DNA of 64,000 nucleotides, from the NCBI GenBank assembly GCA_963742735.1, contig CAVUMN010000001.1, positions 192,001 through 256,000 of the forward strand, in the 5' to 3' direction. The notes below the pieces were generated by a model, which was not told the DNA's origin, ran no database searches, and was given only the letters and a program-made list of their open reading frames with translations. Every line of letters starts with the position of its first letter. Position 1 is the stretch's first letter. Shown one piece after another: positions 1 to 10,180 of this stretch. A program made the position numbers and the translations under genes. The DNA is from an uncultured Actinomycetes bacterium (GTDB taxonomy: Bacteria; Actinomycetota; UBA4738; JBBDTT01).

Positions 1-2768
1 GCGTCGGTGTACTCGCGAAGGCCGGGCGGCTCGGGGTCGGCCTCCAGCGCGAAGGCCAGCTGCTCGTTCTCGCGCGCCGGCGTGTCGGTGACCATCGCCT
101 GGTACAGCCGGTCCCGTCGCGTCCCGCCGCCGACCGGGTCGAAGCCCCCGGCGTGGGCGATGGCCTCGACCACCGGCCGGGACACGTTCGTCCGGCGCAG
201 GAAGTCGCCGACGTCGCGGAACGGCCGCTCGGCCCGCGCCTGGAGGATGCTTCGAACCTCGGCGTCGGAGATGCCGTCGACGTCCTTCAGCGCCAGCCGG
301 ATCCCGTAGCCCTCGCCGATCCGCGACAGGTCGAGCTCCCGGTCCGGACGCGGGCCGGGCTCGGGCGCGACGCGCTCCGCCGTGTAGGCCTCCTCGCTGA
401 GGTTGACGTCGAGGGGAAGGATCGCCACCCCGTGCTCGCGGGCGTCCTCCACGATCAGGCGGCGCGGATACATGCCGGGCTCGTGGGTGAGCACGCCGGC
501 CAGGAAGTGCGCCGGGTAGTGCGCCTTCAGCCAGGCGGACTGATAGGTGGGGACGGCGAACGCGGCCGCGTGGGCCTTGCAGAACCCGAACGACGCGAAC
601 GAGAAGAGCTCCGCCCACAGCTTCTCGGCGGCCGCCATGTCGGCGACGTCGTTGCGCTCGCGAACCCGGCGCAGGAAGTCCTCGCGGATGGCGTCGGTGT
701 CCTCGGGGTCGTCGTCCAGATGGCGGCGGATGCGGTCGGCCTCGACCAGGTCGTAGCCGGCGACGGCCTGCAGGGTCCGCATGACCTGCTCGTGGTAGAC
801 GATCACGCCGTGGGTCTCGCCGAGTGCCTCCCGCAGCGCGGGGTGCTGGTAGACCGTCTCCTCCAGGCCGTGGTAGCGGCGGAGGAACGGCGAGACCATG
901 TCGGACTTCACCGGCCCCGGACGGAACAGCGAGATGTCGACGATGAGGTCCTCCCACCGGGTGGGCTGGAACTTCTGGAGGAGCTCGCGCTGGCCGGGTG
1001 ACTCGATCTGGAAGCAACCCAGTGTCCGCGACGCGCGGATCAGCGACCACGCCCTCGGATCGTCCAGGCCGACGTCGCGTTCCAGATCGAGCTTCTCCCC
1101 TTCCAGGCGGGCCACCTCGTCCAGGCAGTGGCGCATCGTGGACAGCATGCGAACCCCGAGCACGTCGAGCTTCAGCAGGCCGAGGAGCTCGACGTCGTCC
1201 TTGTCCGCCTGGACCATCCGGTAGCCCTGGAACGAGCGCTCCAGCGGGGTGCGCTCGAGGAGGTCGTCCTTGGACAGGACGATCCCGCAGGGGTGCAGCG
1301 CGATGTGGCGGGGGAAGCCGTCGAGCCGCTCGGCCACCCGGAACAGCAGCTCGAGCTGGCCGGCGCCGAGGTTGACGCCCTTGAGCTCCGGGAGACGGTC
1401 CAGGGCCTCGCGGATGTGGTGCGCGGAGATGTGCGGGAACGCCTTCGCGACCACGCCGAGCTCGGACTCGGGGAAGCCGAGGGCCTTGCCGACCTCGCGG
1501 ATCGCGCCCCGGGCGCGGTAGGTGTCGACCATGTTCACGCAGGCGCTGCGGTCCTCGCCGTAGCGGGAGAGGACCATGTCGTAGACATCCTCGCGCCGGG
1601 CGGACTCGACGTCCACGTCGATGTCGGGCAGATCCTCGCGCTGGGGATTGATGAACCGCTCGAACAGCAGGCCGTGGCGGACCGGGTCCACGTCGGAGAT
1701 CCGGGTCAGGTAGCACACCAGCGATCCGGCCGCGGACCCCCGGCAGGCCACTCGGATCCCGATGGCGCGGATGTCGGCGACGATGTCGGCCACGGTCAGG
1801 AAGTACGCCGCGTAGCCCATCCGCTGAATCATCGACAGCTCGTGGTCCAGCCGGTCTCGGACCTCGCGGGTCGGGGTGAGGCCGCGGTCCTCGAACCCCC
1901 GCCAGCACCGCTCGGCCAGGACCGAGCCGGCGCTGCGGCCCCGCGGCGTGGGGAAGTCGGGGAAGTGGATGACCCCGATCCCCAGGTCGAACTCGCACGC
2001 CTCGGCCACCTGGCGGGTCCGGTCGCACAGCGAGAGGTCCCACGCGAACGCGCGGCGCATGGCCTCGTCCGACTTCAGGTAGCCCTCCGTGTTGGTGCGG
2101 CTCACGTGCCGGCCGGAGAGCGGAACGATCTCGCGCATGCACTCCAGGGCGTCGGCCAGGAACGCGTCCTCGGGGACCAGGTAGCGCACGCCGTTGGTGG
2201 CGACCGGCGGCAGGCCGGCCTCCTCGCCGAGGCGCAGGAGCGCGCGGAGCTCGGCCCGGCTGGAGGGCTCCAGGCGGTTGCGGACGGCGACGTGGGCCCA
2301 CTCGCCGAAGGCGTCCCGGTAGGGCCTCGCGGCCTCGACGGCCGCGTCGTGGCGCCCGGCCAGGGCCAATCGGCCGGGAGGCGAGTCCGGGCCGAGGAGG
2401 GCGACCAGCCCCTCGGGATGGGCCAGGAGCTGCTCCGGGAACAGGTGGGGATCGCCCCGCTCGCCGTTGTGGTGCGCGTCGGTGATGAGCCGGCACAGGT
2501 TCCCGTACCCCGTCGCGTCGCGGGCGAGGAGGACGAGGTCCGCGTCCCTGCGCCCGGTTCGCAGCGTGAGGGTCGAGCCGAGGATCGGCTGCACCCCCGC
2601 CGCCTGGCACGCGTGCACGAAGCGAGCCGCCCCGTAGAGGCCGTCGCGGTCGGTCATCGCCACCTGGCGCATGCCGAGCTCCGCCGCGCGCCGGACGAGG
2701 TCCTCCGGCGAGAACGCTCCGTCCTTCAGCGAGAAGTAGGAGCGAACGTCGAGGTGCACGAAGCCCAT
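1..2768 (-). CDS. dnaE2: Error-prone DNA polymerase III alpha subunit (DnaE2), 3' end truncated by the window edge
   Basis: Not in the ORF track (no stop in window). Manual translation from ATG at 2768 gives MGFVHLDVRSYFSLKDGAFSPEDLV...AMTDRDGLYG (degenerate PHP domain: HLD and TDR in place of HLH and TDH), ACRGSAAGS, and the catalytic LPDIDVDVESARRE. SOS box upstream. Confidence 0.92.
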   Translation of the reverse strand, partial: MGFVHLDVRSYFSLKDGAFSPEDLVRRAAELGMRQVAMTDRDGLYGAARFVHACQAAGVQPILGSTLTLRTGRRDADLVLLARDATGYGNLCRLITDAHHNGERGDPHLFPEQLLAHPEGLVALLGPDSPPGRLALAGRHDAAVEAARPYRDAFGEWAHVAVRNRLEPSSRAELRALLRLGEEAGLPPVATNGVRYLVPEDAFLADALECMREIVPLSGRHVSRTNTEGYLKSDEAMRRAFAWDLSLCDRTRQVAEACEFDLGIGVIHFPDFPTPRGRSAGSVLAERCWRGFEDRGLTPTREVRDRLDHELSMIQRMGYAAYFLTVADIVADIRAIGIRVACRGSAAGSLVCYLTRISDVDPVRHGLLFERFINPQREDLPDIDVDVESARREDVYDMVLSRYGEDRSACVNMVDTYRARGAIREVGKALGFPESELGVVAKAFPHISAHHIREALDRLPELKGVNLGAGQLELLFRVAERLDGFPRHIALHPCGIVLSKDDLLERTPLERSFQGYRMVQADKDDVELLGLLKLDVLGVRMLSTMRHCLDEVARLEGEKLDLERDVGLDDPRAWSLIRASRTLGCFQIESPGQRELLQKFQPTRWEDLIVDISLFRPGPVKSDMVSPFLRRYHGLEETVYQHPALREALGETHGVIVYHEQVMRTLQAVAGYDLVEADRIRRHLDDDPEDTDAIREDFLRRVRERNDVADMAAAEKLWAELFSFASFGFCKAHAAAFAVPTYQSAWLKAHYPAHFLAGVLTHEPGMYPRRLIVEDAREHGVAILPLDVNLSEEAYTAERVAPEPGPRPDRELDLSRIGEGYGIRLALKDVDGISDAEVRSILQARAERPFRDVGDFLRRTNVSRPVVEAIAHAGGFDPVGGGTRRDRLYQAMVTDTPARENEQLAFALEADPEPPGLREYTD

Positions 2769-2784
2769 CGGCTGGACCGGCGCG

Positions 2785-3036
2785 TCAGTCCCAGACGCGT
2801 TCGAGATGCCAGCGGCCGGCCTGACGGTCGTGGTAGAGGTCGCACACCGCCCCGCCCTTGGCCTCCAGGCGCCAGTACTCGCGGTCACGGCCGTCGGCCC
2901 ACCAGCGGCCCTCGATCCGCCACCGGCCGATGACGTCGCGGACCTCGTAGCGCCGGTCTCGCCAGGTGAACGCCGCGGGCATCCCGGCATCCCGCTCCAC
3001 CAACACCGTCTCGTCGTACACCTTCGACACCGGCAT
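2785..3036 (-). CDS. DUF6504-like small protein resembling the ImuB C-terminal domain
   Basis: MPVSKVYDETVLVERDAGMPAAFTWRDRRYEVRDVIGRWRIEGRWW...REYWRLE...WHLERVWD. Lies 16 bp upstream of dnaE2. Start could alternatively be GTG at 3030. Confidence 0.8.
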   Translation of the reverse strand: MPVSKVYDETVLVERDAGMPAAFTWRDRRYEVRDVIGRWRIEGRWWADGRDREYWRLEAKGGAVCDLYHDRQAGRWHLERVWD

Positions 3037-3065
3037 CACCCCCGCCAGGAGCGTCCACCCTCCAA

Positions 3066-3081
3066 TCGAACGTATGTTCGA
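3066..3081. promoter_or_regulatory. LexA SOS box
   Basis: TCGAAC-GTAT-GTTCGA, a perfect match to the actinobacterial consensus TCGAAC-N4-GTTCGA. It lies just downstream of a minus-strand -10 candidate (TACCTT, 3093-3098) serving DUF6504-dnaE2. Confidence 0.93.
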
Positions 3082-3151
3082 CTGGACCTCGCAAGGTACC
3101 TCCGCTCCGCGAGCCGTGTCAAGGCCCGGATTCGTCGCTAGGATCGCCCCC

Positions 3152-3655
3152 GTGCCCAGGGCCAGGATCCTCGTCGGAGCGCTCCTCGCGGTGACGCTGC
3201 TCGCCGCCGGATGCGCGGAGCAGGCCGGCCCCGGCGCGGGCGACGACTCCCCGTCCTCCCCCTCCCCCCTGGGGCCGGCGGCGAGCCCGCAGAAGCCGAG
3301 CATCGTCGTCCCCGACGGCCCACCGCCCACCGAGCTCGTGATCCAGGATCTCGTCGAGGGAACCGGCCCCCCCGCGGGGATCGGCAACACGCTGGTGGTC
3401 CACTACGTGGGCGTGGCCTACTCCACCGGCGTGGAGTTCGACGCCTCGTGGGACCGCGGGCAGCCGTTCCCGGTGACCCTCGGCTCGGGCGGGGTCATCC
3501 AGGGGTGGGAGCAGGGCCTCATGGGCATGAAGGCCGGGGGGCGGCGCCAGCTGACCATCCCGCCCGATCTCGCCTACGGCGAGCAGGGGGCGGGGCCGGA
3601 CATCGGCCCCAACGAGACGTTGATCTTCGTAATCGACCTGCTCGAGCTCAGCTAG
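3152..3655 (+). CDS. FKBP-type peptidyl-prolyl isomerase, lipoprotein
   Basis: Lipobox LAAGC. Motifs VHYVG, FDASWDRGQPF, VIQGWEQGL, IPPDLAYG, TLIFVIDL. TAGGAT lies 7 nt before the GTG (leaderless geometry). Confidence 0.92.
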   Translation: MPRARILVGALLAVTLLAAGCAEQAGPGAGDDSPSSPSPLGPAASPQKPSIVVPDGPPPTELVIQDLVEGTGPPAGIGNTLVVHYVGVAYSTGVEFDASWDRGQPFPVTLGSGGVIQGWEQGLMGMKAGGRRQLTIPPDLAYGEQGAGPDIGPNETLIFVIDLLELS

Positions 3656-3658
3656 GCG

Positions 3659-4627
3659 TCAGAGGAGATCCGCCTCGCGGCTCAGGAAGCCGGTGGCCCC
3701 CAGGAGCACGAGGGCGGCCAGCCACGTCAGGGCGCCGGCGATCATGGCGGCGGCCGTCCCGAAGGTCGTGATGAGCACGCCGATCGCGACCAGCACCAGG
3801 TGCACGCCGACGCACATCGCGAGGACCTCCTTCACCGAGAACCCCCGCCGGAGCAGCTGGTCGTAGAGGTGTTCCCGGTCGGGCTGGAACAGGCGCTCGC
3901 GCCGCAGGGCCCGGCGAACCATCGAGGCCAGCAGGTCGAGCCCGAACAGCCCGAGGCACGTCCCCGCGCCGACGAACGTCGCCGGGTTCCGCGAGAGGAG
4001 CAGGATCGCCACCGCGAGCCCGCCCCCGGCCAGATACGAGCCGGCGTTGCCGAGGAACAGCCGCGCCGGCGGCAGGTTGTAGGGCAGGAACCCGATCGCG
4101 GCGCCGCCGAGGATCAGCGGCAGGACCGCGCTCCGGTCGTGCAGGCTGGCCACGAGGGCCAGCGCGAGCGCGGACAGCGCCGTCGCGCTCGAGGCCAGGC
4201 CGTCCATCCCGTCGACCATGTTCGCCGCGTTCACGGCCCCGGCGAAGACGGCGACCGTCACGATCCACGCGATGACCTGCTGCTCGAACGGGTCGGCCCG
4301 CAGCCCCTGGGCCGCCAGGAGGATCCCGAGGCCCAGCTGCGCCAGGAGCCGGCCGGCCGGGGGCAGACCGATCGTGTCGTCGGCCAGGCCCAGCGCGGCC
4401 AGTCCGAGCAGCGACACCGGCAGCGTCCACGGGAACGGCCATCCCTCGGCGAGGAATCCCGCGGCGACGCCGAGCGCCACCGCCAGGCCTCCCAGGTAGG
4501 AGACCGGCATGGGATGCGGCTTGAGCCCGCCCCTCGGGTTGTCCATCGCCCCCGTGCGTTCCCCGAGCCATCGTGCGACCGGCGCCGTGGCCGCCGAGAT
4601 CGCCAGCGCCACCGCTCCCCCGATCAC
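3659..4627 (-). CDS. MraY/WecA/TagO-family polyprenyl-phosphate HexNAc-1-P transferase
   Basis: Multi-TM protein with LGLADD, NAANMVDGMDGL, LPYNLPPARLFLGNAGS and DREHLYDQL. GTGA overlap with the upstream gene. Confidence 0.88.
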   Translation of the reverse strand: MIGGAVALAISAATAPVARWLGERTGAMDNPRGGLKPHPMPVSYLGGLAVALGVAAGFLAEGWPFPWTLPVSLLGLAALGLADDTIGLPPAGRLLAQLGLGILLAAQGLRADPFEQQVIAWIVTVAVFAGAVNAANMVDGMDGLASSATALSALALALVASLHDRSAVLPLILGGAAIGFLPYNLPPARLFLGNAGSYLAGGGLAVAILLLSRNPATFVGAGTCLGLFGLDLLASMVRRALRRERLFQPDREHLYDQLLRRGFSVKEVLAMCVGVHLVLVAIGVLITTFGTAAAMIAGALTWLAALVLLGATGFLSREADLL

Positions 4628-5787
4628 GCCCGGAGGCCCTTCGCGCGCAGCAGCCGGTCGTACACGTCCAGGGTTCGTTCGATGACCAGCTCCTCGTCGA
4701 ACCGCTCCACGGCGCGCGCGCGGCCGGCGATGCCCATGGCCTCGCGCAGGGCCGGGTCCCCGATCAGGCGAGCGACGGCCCGGGCGATCGCCGCGTGGTC
4801 GTGATCGGGGATCAGCAGGCCGGTCACGCCGTCGGCCACCACCTCGCGGCATCCCCGGATGTCCGTGGCCACCACTGGCAGCCCGGTCGACATCGCCTCG
4901 ATCGCGGACCGAGGAACGCCCTCGCGGTACGAGGGCAGGCAGAACACGTCGAAGGCCGAGTAGACCGCCGGCATGTCCTCGCCGTCACCCTCCCCCGCCA
5001 GGACCACGTCCGGTCCCTCCCGGACTCGCTCGAGGAGGGCCGGGTTCAGGCGATCGGCCTTCGACGGGTCCTCGGGACCCACCGCGATGAACAGGGCCTC
5101 CGGATGGGTCCGCCGCACCACGGCCGCCGCCCGGAACAGCTCCCGGTAGCCCTTCTCGGCCACCAGGCGACCGACGGTCCCGACCACGACCCGGCCCTCC
5201 GCGCCCCATGCCGCGCGCAGCTCGGCGACCCGCTTCGGATCCACGGCCGAACGGTCGAAGCGGGCGGTGTCCACCCCGTTGCCGAGCCAGGTGGCTCGCC
5301 GCGCCGGGACGAGCTTGGTCCGAAGGGCCCAGTCGAAGTCCTCCCTGGACTGGAACAGCTCGTGGTCGGAGAACTGCGCCGAGACGCGTTCGGCGCCCCG
5401 GACGACCGTCCGCTTGGCCGCGCCGATGTCGGCGGCGGCGTACAGCCCGTGGACGGTGTTCACGACCACCGGTACGCGGGTCGAGCGGGCGGCCACCCGA
5501 CCCAGCACGCCGGTCTTCGGGTTGTGGGTGTGCACGATCGTGGGGCGCTCGGCCCGGAAGATCCGGCGCAGCTCCCGGAGCGACTGCGCGTCCTGCATGG
5601 GGGTCCACGACCGGGTCAGCGACTCGACCGGCACGTGACGGATGCCCCGGTCCTCGATCTCGGCGACGTACGGCCCGGGGGCGGAGACGCCCACGACGTC
5701 GAACCCCTCCTTCGCGTAGCGCTCGAGCTGGTTCAGCAGGAGCGCCCGCAACGACAGGTCCACGGTGGTGAGGTGGATCAGCTTCAT
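4624..5787 (-). CDS. Glycosyltransferase family 4
   Basis: VHTHNPK, VGRLVAEKGY, DVFCLPSYREGVPRSAIEAM. Confidence 0.92.
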   Translation of the reverse strand: MKLIHLTTVDLSLRALLLNQLERYAKEGFDVVGVSAPGPYVAEIEDRGIRHVPVESLTRSWTPMQDAQSLRELRRIFRAERPTIVHTHNPKTGVLGRVAARSTRVPVVVNTVHGLYAAADIGAAKRTVVRGAERVSAQFSDHELFQSREDFDWALRTKLVPARRATWLGNGVDTARFDRSAVDPKRVAELRAAWGAEGRVVVGTVGRLVAEKGYRELFRAAAVVRRTHPEALFIAVGPEDPSKADRLNPALLERVREGPDVVLAGEGDGEDMPAVYSAFDVFCLPSYREGVPRSAIEAMSTGLPVVATDIRGCREVVADGVTGLLIPDHDHAAIARAVARLIGDPALREAMGIAGRARAVERFDEELVIERTLDVYDRLLRAKGLRA

Positions 5788-6614
5788 CGCCGGCCTCGCA
5801 GCCGGGCGTAGAGACGGTCCTCGAGGGGCGCCGCGCCGGCCAGGCGGCGGCGGAGGAAGAACACCCCGTCGCTGCGCCGGACGGGCGTGCGCTGCACCCG
5901 CACGCGGTCGAAGGTCTCGGCCACGGTCTTCGGGCCCTCGCCCCCGAGGGCCCAGCGGTAGTTCGCGCCGACCAGCTCGGGGTGCCCCACGATCGCCCGG
6001 GGATACGCGAACAGCTCGGTCGACACGCCGAGGCGCTCCAGGATCACGGCCTTGGACTCGAGGAGCTCGCCCTCGGCCGTGACGGCGTCGATCCGGTCGA
6101 AGTCCGGGTGCGTCACCGTGTGGGAGCCGACCTCGACCAGCCCCGTGGCCAGCATCGCCCGGACGTCGTCCCAGGCGAGGGGGGCCGCCGGGGCGCCGCT
6201 CCGATCCGCGCCGGGGCTGATCGGTGGCGGGATGTCTCCGTCCAGGAACCCCGTCGCCAGGAACAGCGTCGAGGGGATCTCTCGCTCGCGCAGGAGCGGC
6301 CAGGCGTGCTCGTGCACGTCGGCGTACCCGTCGTCGAAGGTCACCGCGACCAGGTCCCGGTAGACCGTGCCGGCCTCCAGGCGCTCGAGCCCGTCGCGCA
6401 GCCGCACCAGCTCGAACCGCTCGGTGAGCAGGTCGAGGTGGCGGGCGAAGGTCGCCGAGGGCAGGTCCATCTCGGCCTGCATCCCGGCGCCGACGCGGTG
6501 GTAGATCAGCGCGTAGAGCCCCGGTCGGCGTTCGCGCCTGGCCACGGCGGCCGGCAACAGGGCCAGCTTCACACCGCGTTTGGCCAGGCTTACGAGCGCG
6601 AGACGGAAGCCCAC
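5784..6614 (-). CDS. Polysaccharide deacetylase (NodB/CE4-like)
   Basis: LIYHRV, VTFDDGY, EVGSHTVTHP, FAYP. Start uncertain (GTG at 6614 or 6572). Confidence 0.85.
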   Translation of the reverse strand: MGFRLALVSLAKRGVKLALLPAAVARRERRPGLYALIYHRVGAGMQAEMDLPSATFARHLDLLTERFELVRLRDGLERLEAGTVYRDLVAVTFDDGYADVHEHAWPLLREREIPSTLFLATGFLDGDIPPPISPGADRSGAPAAPLAWDDVRAMLATGLVEVGSHTVTHPDFDRIDAVTAEGELLESKAVILERLGVSTELFAYPRAIVGHPELVGANYRWALGGEGPKTVAETFDRVRVQRTPVRRSDGVFFLRRRLAGAAPLEDRLYARLRGRR

Positions 6615-7969
6615 GCGGGGAACGGAGCGGTGTTCTCCGTTGCCGGGTCCCGCTTCACCTTGCGCGGGATGGTGACCATGCACGGGATCATGACCAGGAA
6701 CGGCAGCACCTGCGTCCGCTGGCGGGCGAGCAGGCCGAAGTTCGCCAGGGCTGCGAGCTCCACGGAGATGATCAGGACCGAGGCCCCGGCCATGATCGTC
6801 ATCGCGTTGTCGCGCCATCGCCGAACCGCCCGCCAGACCTCGCGTCGCTTGACCACGAACAGCCCCATCAGCATCACGCCCTCCAGCGACTGGAGCATGG
6901 GGAACACGCCGCCCGCCTCGAAGGGGAACGGACGGAAGTTGGCGGTGATCAGGGCCGCGGGCAGCCCGGTCGGCGAGAACGGGTTGGGCGGGGTGAAGTT
7001 CGATCCGCCGGAGAAGTTCGACTCCTGCTGGGTCTGGAACGCGGCCTGGATGCTCTCGCCCTCGTTCAGGGAGCCGATCTGTTGGCGCGCCTGGTTCATG
7101 AGGAAGAACGCGGCGATGGCGAACAGCGGCAGGAACACGATGTAGGACAGGGCCTGGGTGTTGGCCGAACGGGCTCGGGTGGGACGCAGGGCGAACGCCC
7201 CGGCCCCCGCCACCGCGATCGCCACCGCGATCGGGGCGCGCACGATCGCGATCGGCGCCAGCCCGAGCAGGACGTGGAACATCGCCTTTCCCGACCATCG
7301 CTTGAACAGCAGCGCGAAGCCGTACGTGGCGATGCCGAGCCCCATCATCACCGGCGCGTCCTTGCCCAGCGAGGTGGTCCAGTACCAGAACGAGGGGAGG
7401 AAGAAGATCAGCACCCCGAACATGCGGTGGTTGCCGGTCGGATACGCGGTCGTGAACGCCTTGTAGAAGTGCCATGACCCGACGAACGACATCGCCGCCG
7501 AGACGACGAACCCCGCGAGCTGTGACGGGGGCAAGAGGATGTACAGGAACCCCGAGAAGTATTCGATCGCTGCGGTGTCGCTGAACGGCGGGATCAGCTG
7601 CGAGAAGTCCAGGTGCCGGAACTGTTCGGACAGCTGCAGCCCCGCGCCGAAGTACCCCCTCGCGTCGGAGGAACCCCCGTACACGGTCTCGATGATCACG
7701 TACCGGACCAGGCTCCCCATCAGGAACGTCAGCAGGGCGATGGCCAGGAACCGCGGGGTGATCCAGGGGGCCCGCCGCGAGGCGGCCGGGATGAGCAGGC
7801 TCGCGATCAGGGCGGTCACGGCGACCAGCACCACGTAGGCCTGGGGCTCCACCGTGAGCGTCCCGGCGATGACCACCGCCACGAACCCCGCCACGAAGAT
7901 CAGGCCCCAGGCGGCGACGGAGAACGGGGCCTGGTACGAGATCCGGTCTTCGGCCATCGACTTGCGCAT
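6590..7969 (-). CDS. Polytopic membrane protein, probable Wzy-type polysaccharide polymerase
   Basis: About 10-12 hydrophobic segments with SDARGY, SLGKDA and ANFGLLARQR motifs, in a GT/Wzc cluster. TAGAAT lies 6 nt before the ATG. Confidence 0.6.
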   Translation of the reverse strand: MRKSMAEDRISYQAPFSVAAWGLIFVAGFVAVVIAGTLTVEPQAYVVLVAVTALIASLLIPAASRRAPWITPRFLAIALLTFLMGSLVRYVIIETVYGGSSDARGYFGAGLQLSEQFRHLDFSQLIPPFSDTAAIEYFSGFLYILLPPSQLAGFVVSAAMSFVGSWHFYKAFTTAYPTGNHRMFGVLIFFLPSFWYWTTSLGKDAPVMMGLGIATYGFALLFKRWSGKAMFHVLLGLAPIAIVRAPIAVAIAVAGAGAFALRPTRARSANTQALSYIVFLPLFAIAAFFLMNQARQQIGSLNEGESIQAAFQTQQESNFSGGSNFTPPNPFSPTGLPAALITANFRPFPFEAGGVFPMLQSLEGVMLMGLFVVKRREVWRAVRRWRDNAMTIMAGASVLIISVELAALANFGLLARQRTQVLPFLVMIPCMVTIPRKVKRDPATENTAPFPAWASVSRS

Positions 7970-8013
7970 CGGCCGATTCTAGCGAGCACCCCGGGCCGTG
8001 CCCGGGAGAGCCG

Positions 8014-9036
8014 TCAAAACAACTCCAGATCGCCCAGGGTGAGCGACCAGGCGGCGGGGTCGGTCAAGCCGCCGGCGGGGCCCCGGCGATCGGAAACCGG
8101 CCGCACGGTGAACGTCATCCCGGCCCTGGGCGGACGGAGGAACCCCGCTCGCCGCAGGGCCCGCCGGGCCGGCCACCCCTCGCCGAAGTGCGCGGCGGCG
8201 TGGGTGGCCCCCGAGGCCTTGACCGCCGCGGACAGCGCCCGCCGGGCCGATCGCGCGTCGCCGCCGGGCACCAGGACCTCGCCGACGACCGCCTCGGCCA
8301 GCCGGCCGCGCGAGCGCACCCGCAGGATCACCGCGGAGTCGCCCTCCGTCCACACGTGGTACGGAATGGGCGCGCGCGCGTAGCGCCACCGCAGGTACTC
8401 GAGGGCCCTGGGCGTGATCAGCCGGCCCTCCGGCCGTCCCACGTCCGCCACGATCCGAGCGAGCCCGTCCCCGGCCAGGGCGTCGGCGGCGGGGACGAGC
8501 CCTCCGGCGCCGGGCACGCCGACCGGCCCGCCGGCCGACAGATCGCGCCGCACGGCCGCCCCCGCCAGGGCCAGCGGACGTCTGACCCTCAGCCAGACGG
8601 GCCAGCGCGTCACCTGCGTCCATCCCATCTTCAGGTAGCCCGGGAGGCTCTTCTCGTTCGGCGTGTTGAAGACCAGGTCCACGCCCTCCTGCCAGCAGCG
8701 CTCCAGCGCGGCCGTGGTCAGCCGCGAGAAGATCCCTCGCCGCTGCGCCTCGGGGTCCGTCGCGGTGTCCACCGCCCGGACCGCCGCGTAGGCCCCGTCC
8801 GGGCCCTCGAAGGTCCACCGCATGAACGCGCGCAGACCGACGATCCTCCCCTCGGACTCCGCGAGCAGCGCCAGGGAGCGGCCGAAGTGGTTCTCGAGGT
8901 GCTTCCAGACGAAGAGCGCGCGGCGGTCGGCGCCGCCCGGCGCCGGCCCCAGCGAGCGCGTCAGCAGATCGACGATCCCGTCGAGGTCGGCGTCCTGCAT
9001 CGGACGGATCGTGAGGTCGTGCGGCCGGCCGGTCAC
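8014..9036 (-). CDS. GNAT-family N-acyltransferase
   Basis: RAVDTATDPEAQRRGIFSRL (acetyl-CoA motif A) and FNTPNEKSLPGYLKMGW. Confidence 0.85.
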   Translation of the reverse strand: MTGRPHDLTIRPMQDADLDGIVDLLTRSLGPAPGGADRRALFVWKHLENHFGRSLALLAESEGRIVGLRAFMRWTFEGPDGAYAAVRAVDTATDPEAQRRGIFSRLTTAALERCWQEGVDLVFNTPNEKSLPGYLKMGWTQVTRWPVWLRVRRPLALAGAAVRRDLSAGGPVGVPGAGGLVPAADALAGDGLARIVADVGRPEGRLITPRALEYLRWRYARAPIPYHVWTEGDSAVILRVRSRGRLAEAVVGEVLVPGGDARSARRALSAAVKASGATHAAAHFGEGWPARRALRRAGFLRPPRAGMTFTVRPVSDRRGPAGGLTDPAAWSLTLGDLELF

Positions 9037-10169
9037 CGGCGGGCCCTCCGTTCGGCCAGGACGTCGTCGTAGAGCGCCTCGGTCTGCCCCACGGTGCGCT
9101 CCAGCGAGTACCGGCCGGCCACCACGGGCGCCTCCGCGGCGAGGTCCGCCAGGCGCCCGCGGTCCGCGATGAGCGACCCGAGGGCGGCGGCCAGGCCCGG
9201 CTCGTCGCCGGGCGGCACCAGGAGGCCTCCCCCGGCGGCCAGGACGGCCGGCACCCCGCCCACCTCGGTGGCCACCGCGGGGACCCCGCTCGCCAGCGCC
9301 TCCAGCAAGGCGACCGGAAGCCCCTCGAACAACGACGGCAGGCAGAACACGTCGAAGGCCCGCATCAGCCGTGAGGCCTGCTCCCGCACCCCGAGCAGCC
9401 GCACCGCGTCCCCCAGCCCGAGGCGGGCGATCTCGGCGCGGACCGGCACCTCGACCGCCCCCAGGCCGACGATGGCGAAAACCGCCCCGGGGTGCGCGTC
9501 GAGGACCGTCCGTGCCGCGCGGACCAGGTGCAGGTGTCCCTTCTTCGGCGTGATACCTCCGACGGTCCCGATCACGAACGCGCCGGGGGGCAGCCCGAGC
9601 TCGACGCGGGCCTCGGCCCGGGTCAGGGCCGCGGCCCGCAGGCCCTCGGCGTCAACGCCGTTCTCGATCACCGTGACCGGCGGCGTTCGGCGGCCGCCTC
9701 CGGCGATCGAGTCGCGTACCGCCTGGCTGACGGCGATGACCCGGTCGTTCCATCCGAACGTCCGGGCGTTCGCCAGGGCCGTGAGCCCGCGATAGCGCGC
9801 CCACAGGTTGTGCTCGGTGTAGACGACGGCCGGACGCACCGCCGGCGGGAGGCCCCGGGCAGCCCATCGGCCCCCGACCGCCGCGTAGGGCAGGTGCGCG
9901 TGCAGCAGGTCCACGCCGTCGAGGTGGCGACGCAGGCGACGCGGCCACCCCAGGTCCAGATGGCTGCGGACCTCCAGGCACCGGACGGGCACCCCGGCGT
10001 CACGGAGCGGCGCGACCAGGTGGTCCTTCCACGGCAGCAGGTAGACGACCTCGGGGGTGAACCGGTCGCGGTCGAGGCGGGGGACGATGTCGCCGACCAG
10101 CCGTTCGGCGCCGCCCGGGCCGAGGCCCTTGATCAGCCAGAGGACGCGGGCCGGGCCACCGCCGGGCAC
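9033..10169 (-). CDS. Glycosyltransferase family 4
   Basis: LIKGLGPGGAER, HAHLP, YTEHN, FCLPSLFEGLPVALLEA. Start approximate. Confidence 0.9.
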   Translation of the reverse strand: MPGGGPARVLWLIKGLGPGGAERLVGDIVPRLDRDRFTPEVVYLLPWKDHLVAPLRDAGVPVRCLEVRSHLDLGWPRRLRRHLDGVDLLHAHLPYAAVGGRWAARGLPPAVRPAVVYTEHNLWARYRGLTALANARTFGWNDRVIAVSQAVRDSIAGGGRRTPPVTVIENGVDAEGLRAAALTRAEARVELGLPPGAFVIGTVGGITPKKGHLHLVRAARTVLDAHPGAVFAIVGLGAVEVPVRAEIARLGLGDAVRLLGVREQASRLMRAFDVFCLPSLFEGLPVALLEALASGVPAVATEVGGVPAVLAAGGGLLVPPGDEPGLAAALGSLIADRGRLADLAAEAPVVAGRYSLERTVGQTEALYDDVLAERRARR

Positions 10170-10180
10170 GAGCGGGACGC

